A model generated the notes under the pieces. That model ran no database searches. It saw only the letters and a list, made by a program, of their open reading frames with translations, and was not told the origin of the DNA. A program made the translations under genes and the position numbers. A stretch of DNA of 64,000 nt from Octopus vulgaris (Eukaryota): positions 48,484,001 through 48,548,000 of the forward strand of contig OX597826.1 of assembly GCA_951406725.2 (NCBI GenBank), given 5' to 3'. Below, in pieces: positions 26,079 to 39,340 of this stretch; position 1 is the first letter of the stretch, and every line of letters begins with the position of its first letter.

Positions 26079-28665
26079 ATAATGTTTCATGACAATGATG
26101 CTTTCGAGAAACATAGAAAGGGGAGATTACTCTATGATCTTTCTTGCAAGAGAGATCATTCAACTCTCTATCAATCTACACTACTACAGATGTAATCTAA
26201 CCATGTCATTCTTGTTCTACTCATGGCTTTCCTGTTGGCTTCCGAAAACATTTACTAAATCTGGAAATTGAAACCAAATTTCTACGAAAATCTACTTGAC
26301 GTTTCCACTATGTTTGATGCTGGCAACACTCATGTAAGTTTGGCATGTTTTAAAAAAATGACGAATGAGATTGTGCTTGAACATTCTATATTTCTAAGGA
26401 AAACAATGGTACCGATACAAAATAAAATGTGAAGAATAAAACCAAAATAAATTTGAACACAAAAGAAATCAGTAGCAGAAGAAAAAAAAAAGCAAAAAGC
26501 AAGACAAGTAAACTAACAAACATAGATATTTTCTTGCAAAAATATAAAAAAAGAAATTCTTTTCCTCATACAATACTTGGGTATTTACATACTTCTGATA
26601 TAATTCTTTGTCATATTGTGTTATCAGTGATATAAGGAATGGTTGAAAATAATAGAAAACAAAAAAATTATATTATTATTGTTGCAGTTACTGCTGTTGT
26701 TGTTATTGTTGTTGATGATGATGATGATGGTGTTGTTGTTGTTGATGTTGTTGTTACTATTGTTAAGTACACGAATGGATGCTGAGAAGATATGGTGAAG
26801 AAGTGACGAAATAAAACCCACTGGCCAATGGTGCCAAGTAGTTTTGTCTTTTTCTTGTATTTTTATTTCTGCCTTTGTTTTGTTTTGTTGTTTTTCTTTA
26901 TACAACAGCATATACAAGATTTTTCAGATAAGCAAATATTCTGAAGAAAAATCAAATGACAAAAATAAGAAACAATGCATATATATATATATACATACAT
27001 ATATATATATTCATATATACGTGTGTATCGTATATTCTTATATATGTGAATGCATGTGTATATGTATATGTGTACATGTGTGTAGTGAGATATGTGTATG
27101 TATAGTTACATATACACACTTGTATATATCTATATAAGTATATCTATATATTTATACAGTTATATCTAATATCTATCTATCTATCATTCTGTGTTTGTGT
27201 ATATATGTGTATGTGTGTTTGTATGTATGTATATATATATATACACATAAAGATATAGATATATATATATATATATATGAATATACATGCATATATATAT
27301 ATATATGCATGTATGTATACATAAATATATATCATTCTAAAACCACACACACACACACCCATATATATATGCATATACATAAACATATATGCATGTGCAT
27401 ATATATGTATAATCTTTCCATAACCAATAATCAAAACCTTCTTAATACTACATCATTGATGCTATTTTTTGCGTTTATAGTTGAGATGGTGTTTTTCAAA
27501 GTTTATGAGAGAGGATTATGAGAAGAGGGGGCATAAATAAAAATGTAAAACAATATAAAAAAAGCACAAATAATAATAATAAAAAACGTGGACAAAAATA
27601 AAAAGAGAACTGTTTAGAGATGACAATAAAAAATGGCAGTAGAATAAGAAAAGAAAATTTTGAAGAAACATCTCAAAAAGTCTTGGTGTTTCTGACAGGG
27701 AGATATTTTTTCATGTGATATGTTTGTTTCCATCATAAATCAACACAGGAAACGATTAACAACTATTTTCTTTTATGTAACTATAATTACAGGCAGGACA
27801 TAGGTTTTAAATGTATTTGTGTGTATGCGTGTATGTCTGTATGCGTGTATGTGTGTATGTGCATATGAGTGTGCATGTTTCAGTGTGAGTGTATAGATGC
27901 TTGTCTGTGTATGAATATATGTGTGTGTGTATGTGTGTGTTATTTACATATACCTATATCATTATATGTAACTATATGCAACTGGAATTTGCATATCACA
28001 GATAAATATATGTATATGTGTGTGTATTATAACATATAAATATATGACTGTGTATGTATATATATGATTTATGTATATATACATATGCATATATATATAT
28101 ATATATATACATGTATGTGTGTGTGTTTGTGTGTGTGTATGTGTGTGTGTACTATCATCATCATCATCATCATCAACATCATTATCATCATCAAGGCCAA
28201 AGCCAGACGACTGTGTCATGTCCTCTTTTGGCATGTTTTCTATGCCCAGATGTCCTTCCTTGCGCCGACCATTTCACAAGAGGTGCTGGATACATTTCTC
28301 AATGGCATCAACACATAATCGAAATTTTAAGAAGTTTACATCACAACCGCAAGATCCCAACTTAGGTTCTGCTTACATGGCCTCTTTGGCAAATATGGTT
28401 ATTTGTTTTATAACCCCAGGTCAACCCATACCTTATCACTAGGACTAAAGAAACAGAAACTGCACCGAAGATTGCTGGGTGGATTGTACCAGTAATTCAT
28501 ATGGTACAACTGTGAAACATATTGCACCATGCTGATTCTACCTGAGAATTACATTAAGGGTACAAATGATTGGAATACTCAGCCACTTGAATAGTAATTC
28601 AATAAATATGTAATACAGTTAATCAAATGGCTGAATCCCCATTGTTAAATGAGGTTTACTGCATA

Positions 28666-28933
28666 TTCTTTTACCTGTTTCAGACATCTGACTGTGGCCA
28701 TGCTGGAGCACCACCATAAAGGGTTTTTTTACTAAAAAACAAGAAAAAAAATCAACCCTAGGACTTATTATTTTAAGCCTAGTACTTATTCTATCAGTCT
28801 CTTTTGCTGAACTGCTATGTTCTGGGGATATAAACACAAACATTGGTTGTCAAGCAATGGTGGGGGTACTAACATAGATGCAAAGACACACACACATAAA
28901 TATATACATACATACATACATACATGCATTCAT

Positions 28934-28977
<44 letters not shown>

Positions 28978-29016
28978 GTATATATATATGTATATATATA
29001 TATGTATATATGTGTA

Positions 29017-29047
<31 letters not shown>

Positions 29048-29055
29048 ATATATAA

Positions 29056-29113
<58 letters not shown>

Positions 29114-29381
29114 ATTTATATATATATATATTTATTTATATATATATATATATCATGGGCTTCTTTCATTTTCCGTCTGCCAAATCCATTCACAAGGCTT
29201 TGGTCAGCCCAAGGCTATAGTAGAAGACACTTTCCTAAAGTGCCACACGGTGGGACTGAACCCAGAAGCATGTGGTTGGGAAGCAAGCTTCTTACTACAC
29301 AGCCACACCTGTATATCACAGTACCATGTAGTGGGACTGAACCCAGAACCATGAGGCTGGGAAACAAGCCTCTTACCACAT
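28666..29381 (-). mobile_element. SINE family A with expanded internal microsatellite and duplicated head
   Basis: Tail at 28666, ~270-bp (TA/CA)n, head twice (gtgggactgaacccagaa at ~29250 and ~29331). Confidence 0.8.
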
Positions 29382-29861
29382 GTATGTTTTATATGTTTTG
29401 CATGGTTTCCTTAAAGTTCTTCTTTGCATAATCCAAGCAACAAAACACCCTTTTTTTTTTTTTTACATCAAAACAGTTTAATGGATTCATGAACGTGTAA
29501 AAACATAGATGCAGGTGCACGTGTGGCTATACTTTCACTCAAGCAATGAGTGCATACGTTGCTTTAGTGCACTAGTGATATGTTTAATTAATATATCTGT
29601 GCGTATGCATGCATTCTGGTGCTGAAATGTTGTGTAATGCCTTGCTTTTTTGTTTTTTTTCTAAGTTTAGTTATAAAATCTCATTGTCATTAGGAAACCT
29701 ATGAAACATGAGTACAAATATTAACAAGGCTTAGAATTTATTTCAACCTTGACCTTAATCAGAGTCTGACTACGAAGAAAACAGTGACGTTAACACCAAC
29801 GAAACAAACACATTTGTTGACGTTTATTCCAATGTGGCGTTCCTTTTTTTATCATTATTAC

Positions 29862-29904
<43 letters not shown>

Positions 29905-29918
29905 TATCATCATCATCA

Positions 29919-30012
<94 letters not shown>

Positions 30013-30029
30013 TATCATTATTGCTATTA

Positions 30030-30082
<53 letters not shown>

Positions 30083-30229
30083 GTTATCATTGTTATTATT
30101 ATTCAACCTTTTGTTTTTCATTGAGGATTATACATATTTGGATACTTGGTAGCTTTTAATTAAATTACGAAACATTCTTGTATTCTTGTTATGGGGATGG
30201 GGGTGAGGAGGAATAAGGATAATAATACT

Positions 30230-30264
<35 letters not shown>

Positions 30265-30361
30265 AATAATAATAATGATAATGATAATAATAATAATAAT
30301 GATAATAATAATAATATTAATAATAATAATAATGATATTAATAATAATGATTTCTTTTATA

Positions 30362-30406
<45 letters not shown>

Positions 30407-30839
30407 CATAATAGTCTAAAACACCAAGTAAGCATCTGTTTGATAAATCCACTCTTATTTCACTTCACAACTTATTTACTCCTTTTACCAATGTTTTGGT
30501 ATTTTGTAAGGTTTGTTTCAAATTTTTTTTAAAATTATTTTCTCTTTTTTCTTTTTTAATTCTGGACAAAACACTTGTAAAATTCTTCAAAATGTCAGAT
30601 TAATTGCGTATTAATTATTCTAGTATTGGAATTAATTTATAGTTTGTTACAGCATTTTTTTACACTTGTTATTTAGTTTGTTTGTTTTTTGTTTTTTTTG
30701 TTTTTTTATTTTGTTGTTTTTATTTTGCATTATAGCATCAATATTGTTTGGAATATTTCTCAAGATGTCTGATGAAACTAAAATCATTAAAAGAATAGCA
30801 TTGGTTTGATTGGTTAGTTTCAAAAGAAAATAAGGAACA

Positions 30840-30927
30840 TGTCTTCATCCTCCCTTTCTTACTCTTTCTTTCTCCAATTTCTTTCCTTCTTCTCTTCTCT
30901 CTCTCTCTCTCTCCTCTTCTTTCTTCA

Positions 30928-30966
<39 letters not shown>

Positions 30967-31900
30967 GCCTTGTTTTCCTGACTGTTTTTTTTTCTCTCTT
31001 GCTGTCTCCACTCTCCAACACTTTTACCGTCTGTTCTTCTTTCTTTCTTTCACTCCAGCCTGCTCCTTCTCTCCTCCTCTCCCTCTCTTTCCAGTTCTCT
31101 ATGCTACTCTCTTTCTCTCCAACCTTCTCAATCTCCCTTTCTGTCTAGGCTTCTTTCTTACTCTTTCTCTCCACCCTTCCTTTCAAGCCAGTCTTTAATC
31201 TCTTTCTTTATCTCAAGTCATCTCTTCCTCCCTCACTTTCTCTCTTGCCTTCTCTCTCTCTCTCTTTCACACCAGCTCTTTCTCCCTCACTTTTTATCCT
31301 GCCTTCTCTCTTTCTCTCTCTCTCTCCAACCCTCTTTCTTTTTTCTCTCTGTCTCTCTCTCCATCCCTCTCTCTCTCTCTCTCTCCCAGTCTTCTCACTC
31401 TATCACTTTCTCTCCTGTCCTCTCTCTTTCCCCCTTTTTCTCCAGCCCTTTCTCCCTCTTTATCCAATTACCTCTCTCTCTCTCTTCCTCTCCTTTTCTC
31501 TCCAATCATCTCCCTCTTTTTCACCACCTCTCTTTCACTGTTTCTTTCAAGTCCTGTCTCTCTCTCTCTCTTTCTCACAAGTTTCTTCCTCTCTCTTTCT
31601 CTCTATCCTCTCTTATACCCACTCTGTTTCCCAGTCTGTCTGTCTATCTTACTCTTTCTTTCTTTCCAGTCATCTCTCCCTCTCTCTCTCTCTCTCTCTC
31701 ATTCTTTCCTCTTATCTCTCAAGCACTTCTTGTTTTTTTCAAGTCTTCTCCCTCTCTCCATCAACCCAGCCCCTTCCTCTCTCTCTTTCTCTCCATCCCT
31801 CCTTACACTTCCTCAGTTTCCATCTATTTGTCGGTCTGTCTGTCCTTCTCCTCTCTCACCCCCTCCCGTACCTCTTTCCCCCACTCTCCCACCTCTCTCA
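30840..31900. repeat. ~1-kb CT-rich polypyrimidine low-complexity tract
   Basis: Dense (CT)n/(CTT)n runs with few G. Confidence 0.9.
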
Positions 31901-32284
31901 TAGATCATCATCATTATCATCACTAGAAACTCGCCATGTATTTGGTATTTCTCAGATTCATCTGTGACTTCATCCCAAAGATTGGCCAATGCAAATGTCA
32001 ACGAGTACATCGTACTTATTTAATTTGGATTACCTAAATTACCGACAGAAAAATTTCTTTTTCCCATTTATTTATCTATTCATTTATTTATTTATTTATT
32101 TATGTATTATCACCCACACACACACAAACACCCATCTACCAAAATATGGCAGCATTACAAGAATAAATGAGACACTCAGCAACATTTTTGTCATAAGGTA
32201 TGTTGTGATATTTTACTTGGTATGCACATATAATAGTCAGCACTGGTGTTGTTAATACTGTTTGGTGATGGCGGCAATAATGGT

Positions 32285-32600
32285 TGTGATAGTGGTGGCG
32301 GCGGTGGCAGTGGTGGTAGTTTTTGGTGGTTTTTGGGTGACGGTTGGTAGAGTGAGCTCCTAGTGGTGGTGGCAGCAGTTTTGGTATAGAGATGGTGTAG
32401 AGGCGATGACAGTGGTGTGGTTTTGGTATAGAGATGGTGTAGAGGTGATGACAGTGGTGGTGGTGGCGGTGGTGGCAGTGGTGGTGGTTTCTGGTGGGTT
32501 TTGGGTGCCGGTTGGTCGGGCTCCTAGTGGTGGTGGCAGCAGTTTTGGTATAGAGATGGTGTAGAGGTGATGACAGTGGTGGTGGTGGTGGTGGTGTAGA
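32285..32600. repeat. GGT-rich compound minisatellite with tandem-duplicated blocks
   Basis: ttttggtatagagatggtgtagagg(c/t)gatgacagtggtg x3; gctcctagtggtggtggcagcag x2. Confidence 0.8.
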
Positions 32601-33249
32601 TGGCAGTTCTAGTGACAGTACTGGCAGTAGTGCTGGCGGTGGTAGTGGTGGGGATGTAGTAGTGATGTGGTGGACACTCGAATAAATGTTTGTATCTGCA
32701 CACAAATACACACACACACACACACACATACACTCACTCTCTCAGATTTGTACATACAGATGTACCCTAAGCTATACAGATGTACCCTAAGCTGTTTCTG
32801 AGATGGGCCTTATGTACAAATATGTGTGTTTAAGTGAAAGTGTGCAGTATATCTGTGCGCATGTGTGTTTGAGAGAGAGAGAGAGAGAGGGAAAAATGCA
32901 TACACATGCTGACACTTCACAATCCAGTGAAGTATGATGCGGGGGCATCTACTCTGGGAAAGGCTACTGTGTGGAAAAGAAGCCAAATAATAGGAATATT
33001 AATAATTTACAGCAAACTGGTATGGAATTCATTGCTTTATAGAACATACGTGTTTCAGTAGAATGCTGTAATTATGGCATAACACTTGTAGAAGCATTAT
33101 GCAATCTTGCACTTCACCTCATCAGGGTTGTGTAATAAATGTGAGTAGTTTATGTGTATATGTGTACCTCATAAAATACATTCATACATAAATACATAGA
33201 TAAATATGTATATATGTGTATGTGTATATGTATATATACACACACACAC

Positions 33250-33280
<31 letters not shown>

Positions 33281-33283
<3 letters not shown>

Positions 33284-34028
33284 CTATGTGTTAAGAAGTT
33301 TGCTTTCCAACCAAATGGTTCCAGGTTCAGTCCCACTGTATGGTACGTTGGGCGACTGTCTTCTACTATACCCTTGGACTAACCAAGTCCTTTTGAATGG
33401 ATTTGGTAGACAGAAACTGAAAGAATCCCATCATGTGTGTGCGTGTGTGTGTGTGTGTGTGTGTCTATGTTTGTTCCCCACCACTATCATGAAACTAAAA
33501 GAGGCTCATCGTATAGATATATGTATACATTTATGTGTGTCACTGCCTTTGTGTCTGTGTTTTTCCCCCATCACCACCTGGCAACCAGTGTTGGTGTGTT
33601 TATGTCCCCGTAAATATTGGTCTCATTTGCTAAACTGCTATGTTATGGAGGATATAAATATACCAATGCTGGTTGTCATGTGGTGGTGGTGGTGGTGGTG
33701 GTGGTGGTAGTGGCAGTGGACAAACAAAAACACAATGACACACACACAAAACACAAGCTCAAAGACACACACACACACACACACACAAACTCACACACAT
33801 GTGCATACACACACATGTGCATACACACACATGTGCATACACATGCATGTGCATATATGCACACACATATACATGACAAGCTTCTTTTAGTTTCTCACAA
33901 CCAAAATTCACCCACAAGGTTGACTTGCAGTTATAGTAAAAGACACTCATCCATGGTGCCATGCAGTGGGACTGAACCTGAAACCATGTAACTGAGAAAC
34001 AAGCTTCTTACCACTCAGCCACACCAGT
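33281..34028. mobile_element. Two inverted, 3'-truncated SINE A copies joined at ~33615
   Basis: + strand head at 33281, - strand head ending ~34028. Confidence 0.7.
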
Positions 34029-34321
34029 TACTAAAGTTAGATCAGATTTATATTTTTTATGAAACTGATATTTCAGATGAAATGATAATGGAAAGAGAAC
34101 ACATGGAGATTTACCATTCTACAAGAGACTTCCTCTGGCATCATAAAATGGAATATAAAGCCTGAGATGATAGAAAAGATAGGAGATTTTTCTTGGATTT
34201 GATTTTGGTTTTTCACATGAAATATCCTCAGGGTAAAGGGACATTTGTCCCATTCTCTTCCTTCGTCTTCTTGGAGTAGTCACTGAGAGTTCTTTTTATA
34301 AAACAGAAGTATTATACTCTA

Positions 34322-34384
<63 letters not shown>

Positions 34385-34595
34385 ATGTGTGTATTACAAA
34401 TTGGGTGATAAATATATGGGTTTGTAGATAACTACATAAATGCATGACTAAATAGTCAGGGTGTACAGTTCCACATAGACATACACAGAAAAATGCACAC
34501 AAATATAAATCTCACAGGTACATATATATATACACACACACTCATATATATGTATATACATATATATACATATATATATATATATTTACCTATAC

Positions 34596-34650
<55 letters not shown>

Positions 34651-34745
34651 TGAGGGTAAATACATATATATATATTATATATGTACATATCTGTTATATA
34701 TGTATATATATAATCAAAATAAGCAACAAGGATATCCAAGATAGA

Positions 34746-34831
34746 GTAGTACAATTGTTTCATGCTACTTCATTTTATTAAACCCTGTAAGTATTACATC
34801 AGTTTTAAAATATCGAGCAATCTTCAGCCAC
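34746..34831 (-). ncRNA. Type I hammerhead motif with long stem II insertion
   Basis: Reverse complement gtgg-CTGAAGA-ttgct...agcat-GAAA-caattg-TA-ctac; palindromic ACAATTGT. Confidence 0.7.
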
Positions 34832-34938
34832 ATATAGAATTTTTCAATTAAACGGACAATGCAGTATAAGAAAGTGCATTGCTCGACATTTTAAAACTGA
34901 TGTAATACTTACAGGGTTTAATAAAATGAAGTAGCATG
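34761..34938. repeat. Near-perfect 60-bp-arm inverted repeat
   Basis: catgctacttcattttattaaaccctg...gagcaat / attgctcg...gaagtagcatg. Confidence 0.9.
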
Positions 34939-34953
34939 GAAAACAGATGTTAA

Positions 34954-34988
<35 letters not shown>

Positions 34989-35163
34989 AATGATATGTAT
35001 AGTTGTCTGTGAATGTGCATATGTTTGCATTTGTGTTATTCTCACGCCACCGCTTGGTTTGCTTGCATATCCCTTAACCTAGCAGTTCAGCATAAGGGAT
35101 TATCGCTATGGACTCCGAGTGGGCAGTCATCTAAGAGTTTTTGTTCATCTTGATGCTGACATA

Positions 35164-35266
35164 AGTTCCTTGTCTCTCCTGATAAGAAGGCAGCATAATG
35201 CACCCCTTATTCCTTCGAAATTAGGAATATGCAGCCTTCGAAACATATGTCGAGAATAAAGGAATT
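35164..35266 (+). ncRNA. Type I hammerhead motif with G8A core change
   Basis: agttccttgtctctc-CTGATAA-gaaggcagcata...tatgcagccttc-GAAA-catatg-TC-gagaataaaggaatt. Confidence 0.75.
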
Positions 35267-35891
35267 TTATTAAATCGTCGTTCAACTCCATTCTTTCATT
35301 TATTTGTATTAAAAAACACACAAATTTCCACATGAAAGCACGTGATCTCTGCCCTTGGCATGTAGCTTCAAACATGTTTTTCTGACGTGAATTTGCTACC
35401 CAGGTATCGGTTAACCGAATTATCCATACATGTAACCATTCATTCAACTACTTAAATACATCTTATATATATATATATATATATAATGTCCAACCCATGC
35501 TAGCGTGGAAAACGGACGTTAAACGATGATGATGATGATGATGATGATGAGAGAGACGGAGAGAGAGATAAACATATACATATGCATGTGAATTCTTGTT
35601 TACATAGATTCACACACTAACACACAAATGTTCACACACTCTCACACACACGCACACACACACACACACATATCTACATGTATCCAAAGGTGAGTCTATG
35701 TGTGAGTCACTACTCAGAGTTTCATGTTCCTGCTCCTCAGGCTAACAGATGATTATCATATCTGATATCCTTGTCTGTAGAACCATTGCAGGGCTTGTCT
35801 TAGGTTGCTGCTGAGACTTGGCAGGAATAATAAACTTATACAGATATAGAAACATTTAAAAAAAAATTTTAACTATATAAATATAAATTAT

Positions 35892-36325
35892 AGGCACAAG
35901 TGTGGCTTGTGGTAAGAAGCTTGATTCCAAACCACATAGCTTTGGGTTCAATCCTGCAGTGTGACAACTTGGGAAAAATGTTTTCCATTATAGCCTCAGG
36001 CCAAAACAAGCCTTATGAAAGGATTTGTTAGGAAGAAACTGAAAGAAGCCATCACATATATGTGTGTGTGAGAGAGAAAGAGAGAGAGCGTATGTGTGTG
36101 TGTGTGTGTTTGTGTCAGTGTTTTTCTACCATCACCACTTAACAACTGATGCTGGTGTGTTTATGTTTCCATAACCTAGCAGTTTGTCAAAAGATACTGA
36201 TGTAAGAAGTAACACGTTTTAAAATAAAAGTGAGTACTAGGGTTGATTTATTCCACTAAAAATACTTCAAGGTGGTGCCCCAGCATGGTTCACAGTCCAA
36301 TAGCTAAACAAGTAAACAAATAAAT
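35892..36325 (+). mobile_element. SINE family A, diverged
   Basis: Head, microsatellite and ggtggtgccccagcatgg tail. Confidence 0.8.
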
Positions 36326-36569
36326 GAATAAACACGTACAGATGTAGGTGCATTCGTATCATACTTATCTTTTACTTGTTTCAGTCATTGGACTGCAGCC
36401 ATGCTGGGGCACTGCCTGAAGGTTTTTAATTGAACAAATTGAATCCTACAGTTTATTCAACTGATCCCTTATGCTGAACTGCTAGGTTAAGGGATATGTA
36501 AGCAAACCAAGCGGTGGCGTGAGAACAACACAAATGCAAACATATGCACATTCACAGACAACCATACAT

Positions 36570-37010
36570 ATCATTATCATCATCATCGTTTAACGTCTGT
36601 TTTCCATGCTAGCATGGATTGGACGATTTCACTGAGGTCTGGCAAACCAGATGGCTGCACCAAGCTCCAATCTGATCTGGCAGAGTTTCTCCGAGAGTGT
36701 AGTGGGTGTTTTTATGCGCCACCGGCACAAGGGCCAGTCAAGCGGTACTGGCAATGGCCATGCACAAATGGCGCTTTTTATGTTCCACTTGCACAAGAGC
36801 CAGTCCAGTGGCACTGGCAACGACCTGGCTTGAATGTTTTTTCACGTGCCACCAGCACAAGTGCCAGTAAGGTGACGCAAGTAAAGATCATGCTTGAATG
36901 GTGCTTTTTACGTGCCCCCGTCATGGAAGCCAGTTTGTTGCTCTGGCAATGATCATGCTCAGATGGTACTCTTAGTGCTCCACTAGCACGGATGCCAGTC
37001 ACCGAATTTG
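36570..37010 (-). mobile_element. RTE-type 3' UTR with ~65-nt internal repeat array
   Basis: (cat)n tail; five units containing gc(t)ttttacgtgccaccagcac variants. Confidence 0.75.
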
Positions 37011-37173
37011 ATTTTATATATATAAGTAATTATTTGGACTTTGGGTATATGTCTATTAATATGTAGATCAAAGCACATTCACTGTTTAGGCTACCTGATG
37101 TCATCCACAGTCACAATATAATTTTCACTGGATCTACATCAGGAATTCCACAGTATCTATTTCCTTCATCAAT

Positions 37174-37234
<61 letters not shown>

Positions 37235-37543
37235 ATATATATATTTACACACACACATATATACACATATATATTTATATTTATTTTTTTATCGTTTATT
37301 TGTTTCAGTCATTAGACTGCAGTCATGCTGGGGCACCACCTAGAAGGACTTAGTTGAATAAATTTACCCCAGTACTTAATTTTCAAAGTATTGTCCTTAT
37401 TCAGCTGATATCTTTTGCTAAACTGCTTAGTTGTCAGGATGTAAACAAACCAGCACCTCTTGTCAAGTGGTGGAGAGGAAGCAAACACAAAGACATATCT
37501 ACATATACATATACATACATATATATATATGTTTATATATGTA

Positions 37544-38010
37544 CAGGGTAACCTCAAAATAAACTGAACCCATAAAAATTTTATTGAATCCTATAAAGGT
37601 CCAGCAAATTTCATGAAATGTGTTGGACTTAAACTTTGGTCTGTGTACGATCATTCCCTTTGCATAAAAGTCAGGGTTTTTTTCAAAATATTCTCCAAAT
37701 GGCATATGTCACACAAAATTGTCAATTACTTGAACACATTCCTCTTTGGGGATTTCCCTGATTTCCATAGTGATTGCTGCCTTCAGTTCACCAATCGTTT
37801 GAGGGTTGTTCTGGTAAACATTATCATTGATGAGATACCCCCACAGATAAAAATCTGGTGGGTTCAAATCTGGTGAATATGGTGCCCCATGCAACATCAC
37901 ACTTCCTGCTGATCAGTCTCTCTTGACATTGGTCTCTCAGCCAGGTTAGGGAGCCATTTGATGTGTGCATGGGAGGGGATTGACCCCCGTCTTGCTGGAT
38001 CTGCTGCTCA
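37544..38010 (-). mobile_element. Tc1/mariner-superfamily 3' fragment (DDxD, rosa/maT-like)
   Basis: TA-cagggt terminus; IQQDG and YSPDLNPPDFYLWGYL..VYQNNPQTIGELKAAI. Confidence 0.8.
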
Positions 38011-38084
38011 TCTCAATCTATCCCTCTGCATCTACCACTACCACTACCAACACCTACCCTCTGGCTGCACCTCTCCTACACGGA

Positions 38085-38342
38085 TCAAAGTGACTTTGTT
38101 ATTGATGTGAAATCCTTGAAATACACTAAGACGTCTACACTTTTAACCTTGAACTTGTTCGTAAAAACTACACCATACAACATTTCTCTCCTTGTTTTTT
38201 TTCTGTGTATCTTTCTGTTGAAGAGCGTAGGCTTGAAACGTAAAAGACTTGTTCTATTTCTATTCCTGAGCGCTATACAAATACATTTGTTTGTTTGTAC
38301 TCCACCTGCCGTCATCTTTTGTTTATTTTCGTAAACCTTCCC

Positions 38343-38346
<4 letters not shown>
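38085..38346 (+). mobile_element. PLE-type 3' terminal fragment with variant hammerhead
   Basis: tcttt-CTGTTGA-a-gagc(gtag)gctt-GAAA-cg-TA-aaaga at 38210-38247; ends at (TA)n. Confidence 0.65.
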
Positions 38347-38373
<27 letters not shown>

Positions 38374-38374
38374 C

Positions 38375-38778
38375 TGGCACCTTGCTATACTCAAGAAGAC
38401 CTGTACTCCACAGCAGAAATGCTAAGTCCGGTCTCTCTGGTGGTGAAAAGCACCCATGGCAGTGTCACATGAAGTTCCCACATGGTACCATGTAAAAGCA
38501 TCTGTGTGGAGCCCTGTAAAAACACCCTTGTGGTGTCACATATAAGTGCCATGCAGTGTCACATAAAAGTGCCTGTGTGGTGCCACGTAAAAGCACCCAG
38601 CACACCCTGTAAAGTGATTGGCGTTAGGAAGGGCATCCAGCCATAGAAACCATGCCAAATCAGACTGGTGTTTGGTGCAGCTCCCCAGCATACCAGCTCT
38701 GATCAAACCACCCTGCCCCTGCTAGCATGGACAATGGACATAAAATGATAACGATGATGATGATGATGTTGATGATAC

Positions 38779-38810
<32 letters not shown>

Positions 38811-38811
38811 G

Positions 38812-38846
<35 letters not shown>

Positions 38847-39340
38847 ATATATATATGTATATGTATATATGAATATCAAATTCACTGACATGGCCGATGA
38901 CAGCAACACCTGACTGGCACCCATGCTAGTGGAACGTTAAAGCACCATCAGAGCATGATCTTTGCTAGGATCACTGACTGGCTCCTGTGCTGGTGGCACA
39001 TAAAAAGCACCATTTGAGCATGATCGTTATCAACATCGTCATTTTTTCAATCGAGGTTGTTGCTAGTGCCTGGACTTGCTCCTGTGCAAGTGGTGCATAA
39101 TAAACACCATTTGAACATGGCTGTAGCCAGTACTGCCTGAATGACCGTCATGCCAGTGGCACGTAAAAAGCACCCACTACACTCTCAGAGTGGTTGGTGT
39201 TAGGAAGGGCATGCAGCTGTAGAAACTCAAATCAGATTGGAGCCTGGTGCAGCCATCTGGCTCGCCAGTCCTCCGTCAATCTGTCCAACCCATGGAAAGC
39301 AGACGTTAAACAATGATGATGATGATGATGATGATGATGA
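38375..39340 (+). mobile_element. Two RTE-type 3' tails with repeat arrays
   Basis: gtgccacgtaaaagcacc repeats, gttaggaagggcat, (GAT)n tails at ~38750 and ~39315. Confidence 0.75.

Noticed and set aside
31245-31967. 240-aa Leu/Ser/Phe-rich ORF
   Set aside because: By-product of the CT tract, which lacks stop codons.
32755-32794. 20-bp tandem duplication
   Set aside because: Ordinary slippage duplication with no further structure.
34105-34151. Minus-strand 47-nt exon-like segment (ctcag...gtaaat)
   Set aside because: Not frame-preserving, no recognisable peptide; such signals are expected by chance.
36700-39180. CRISPR-like repeat-spacer periodicity
   Set aside because: Repeats are degenerate, spacers resemble each other, arrays lie in LINE 3' UTRs, no cas genes, eukaryotic context.
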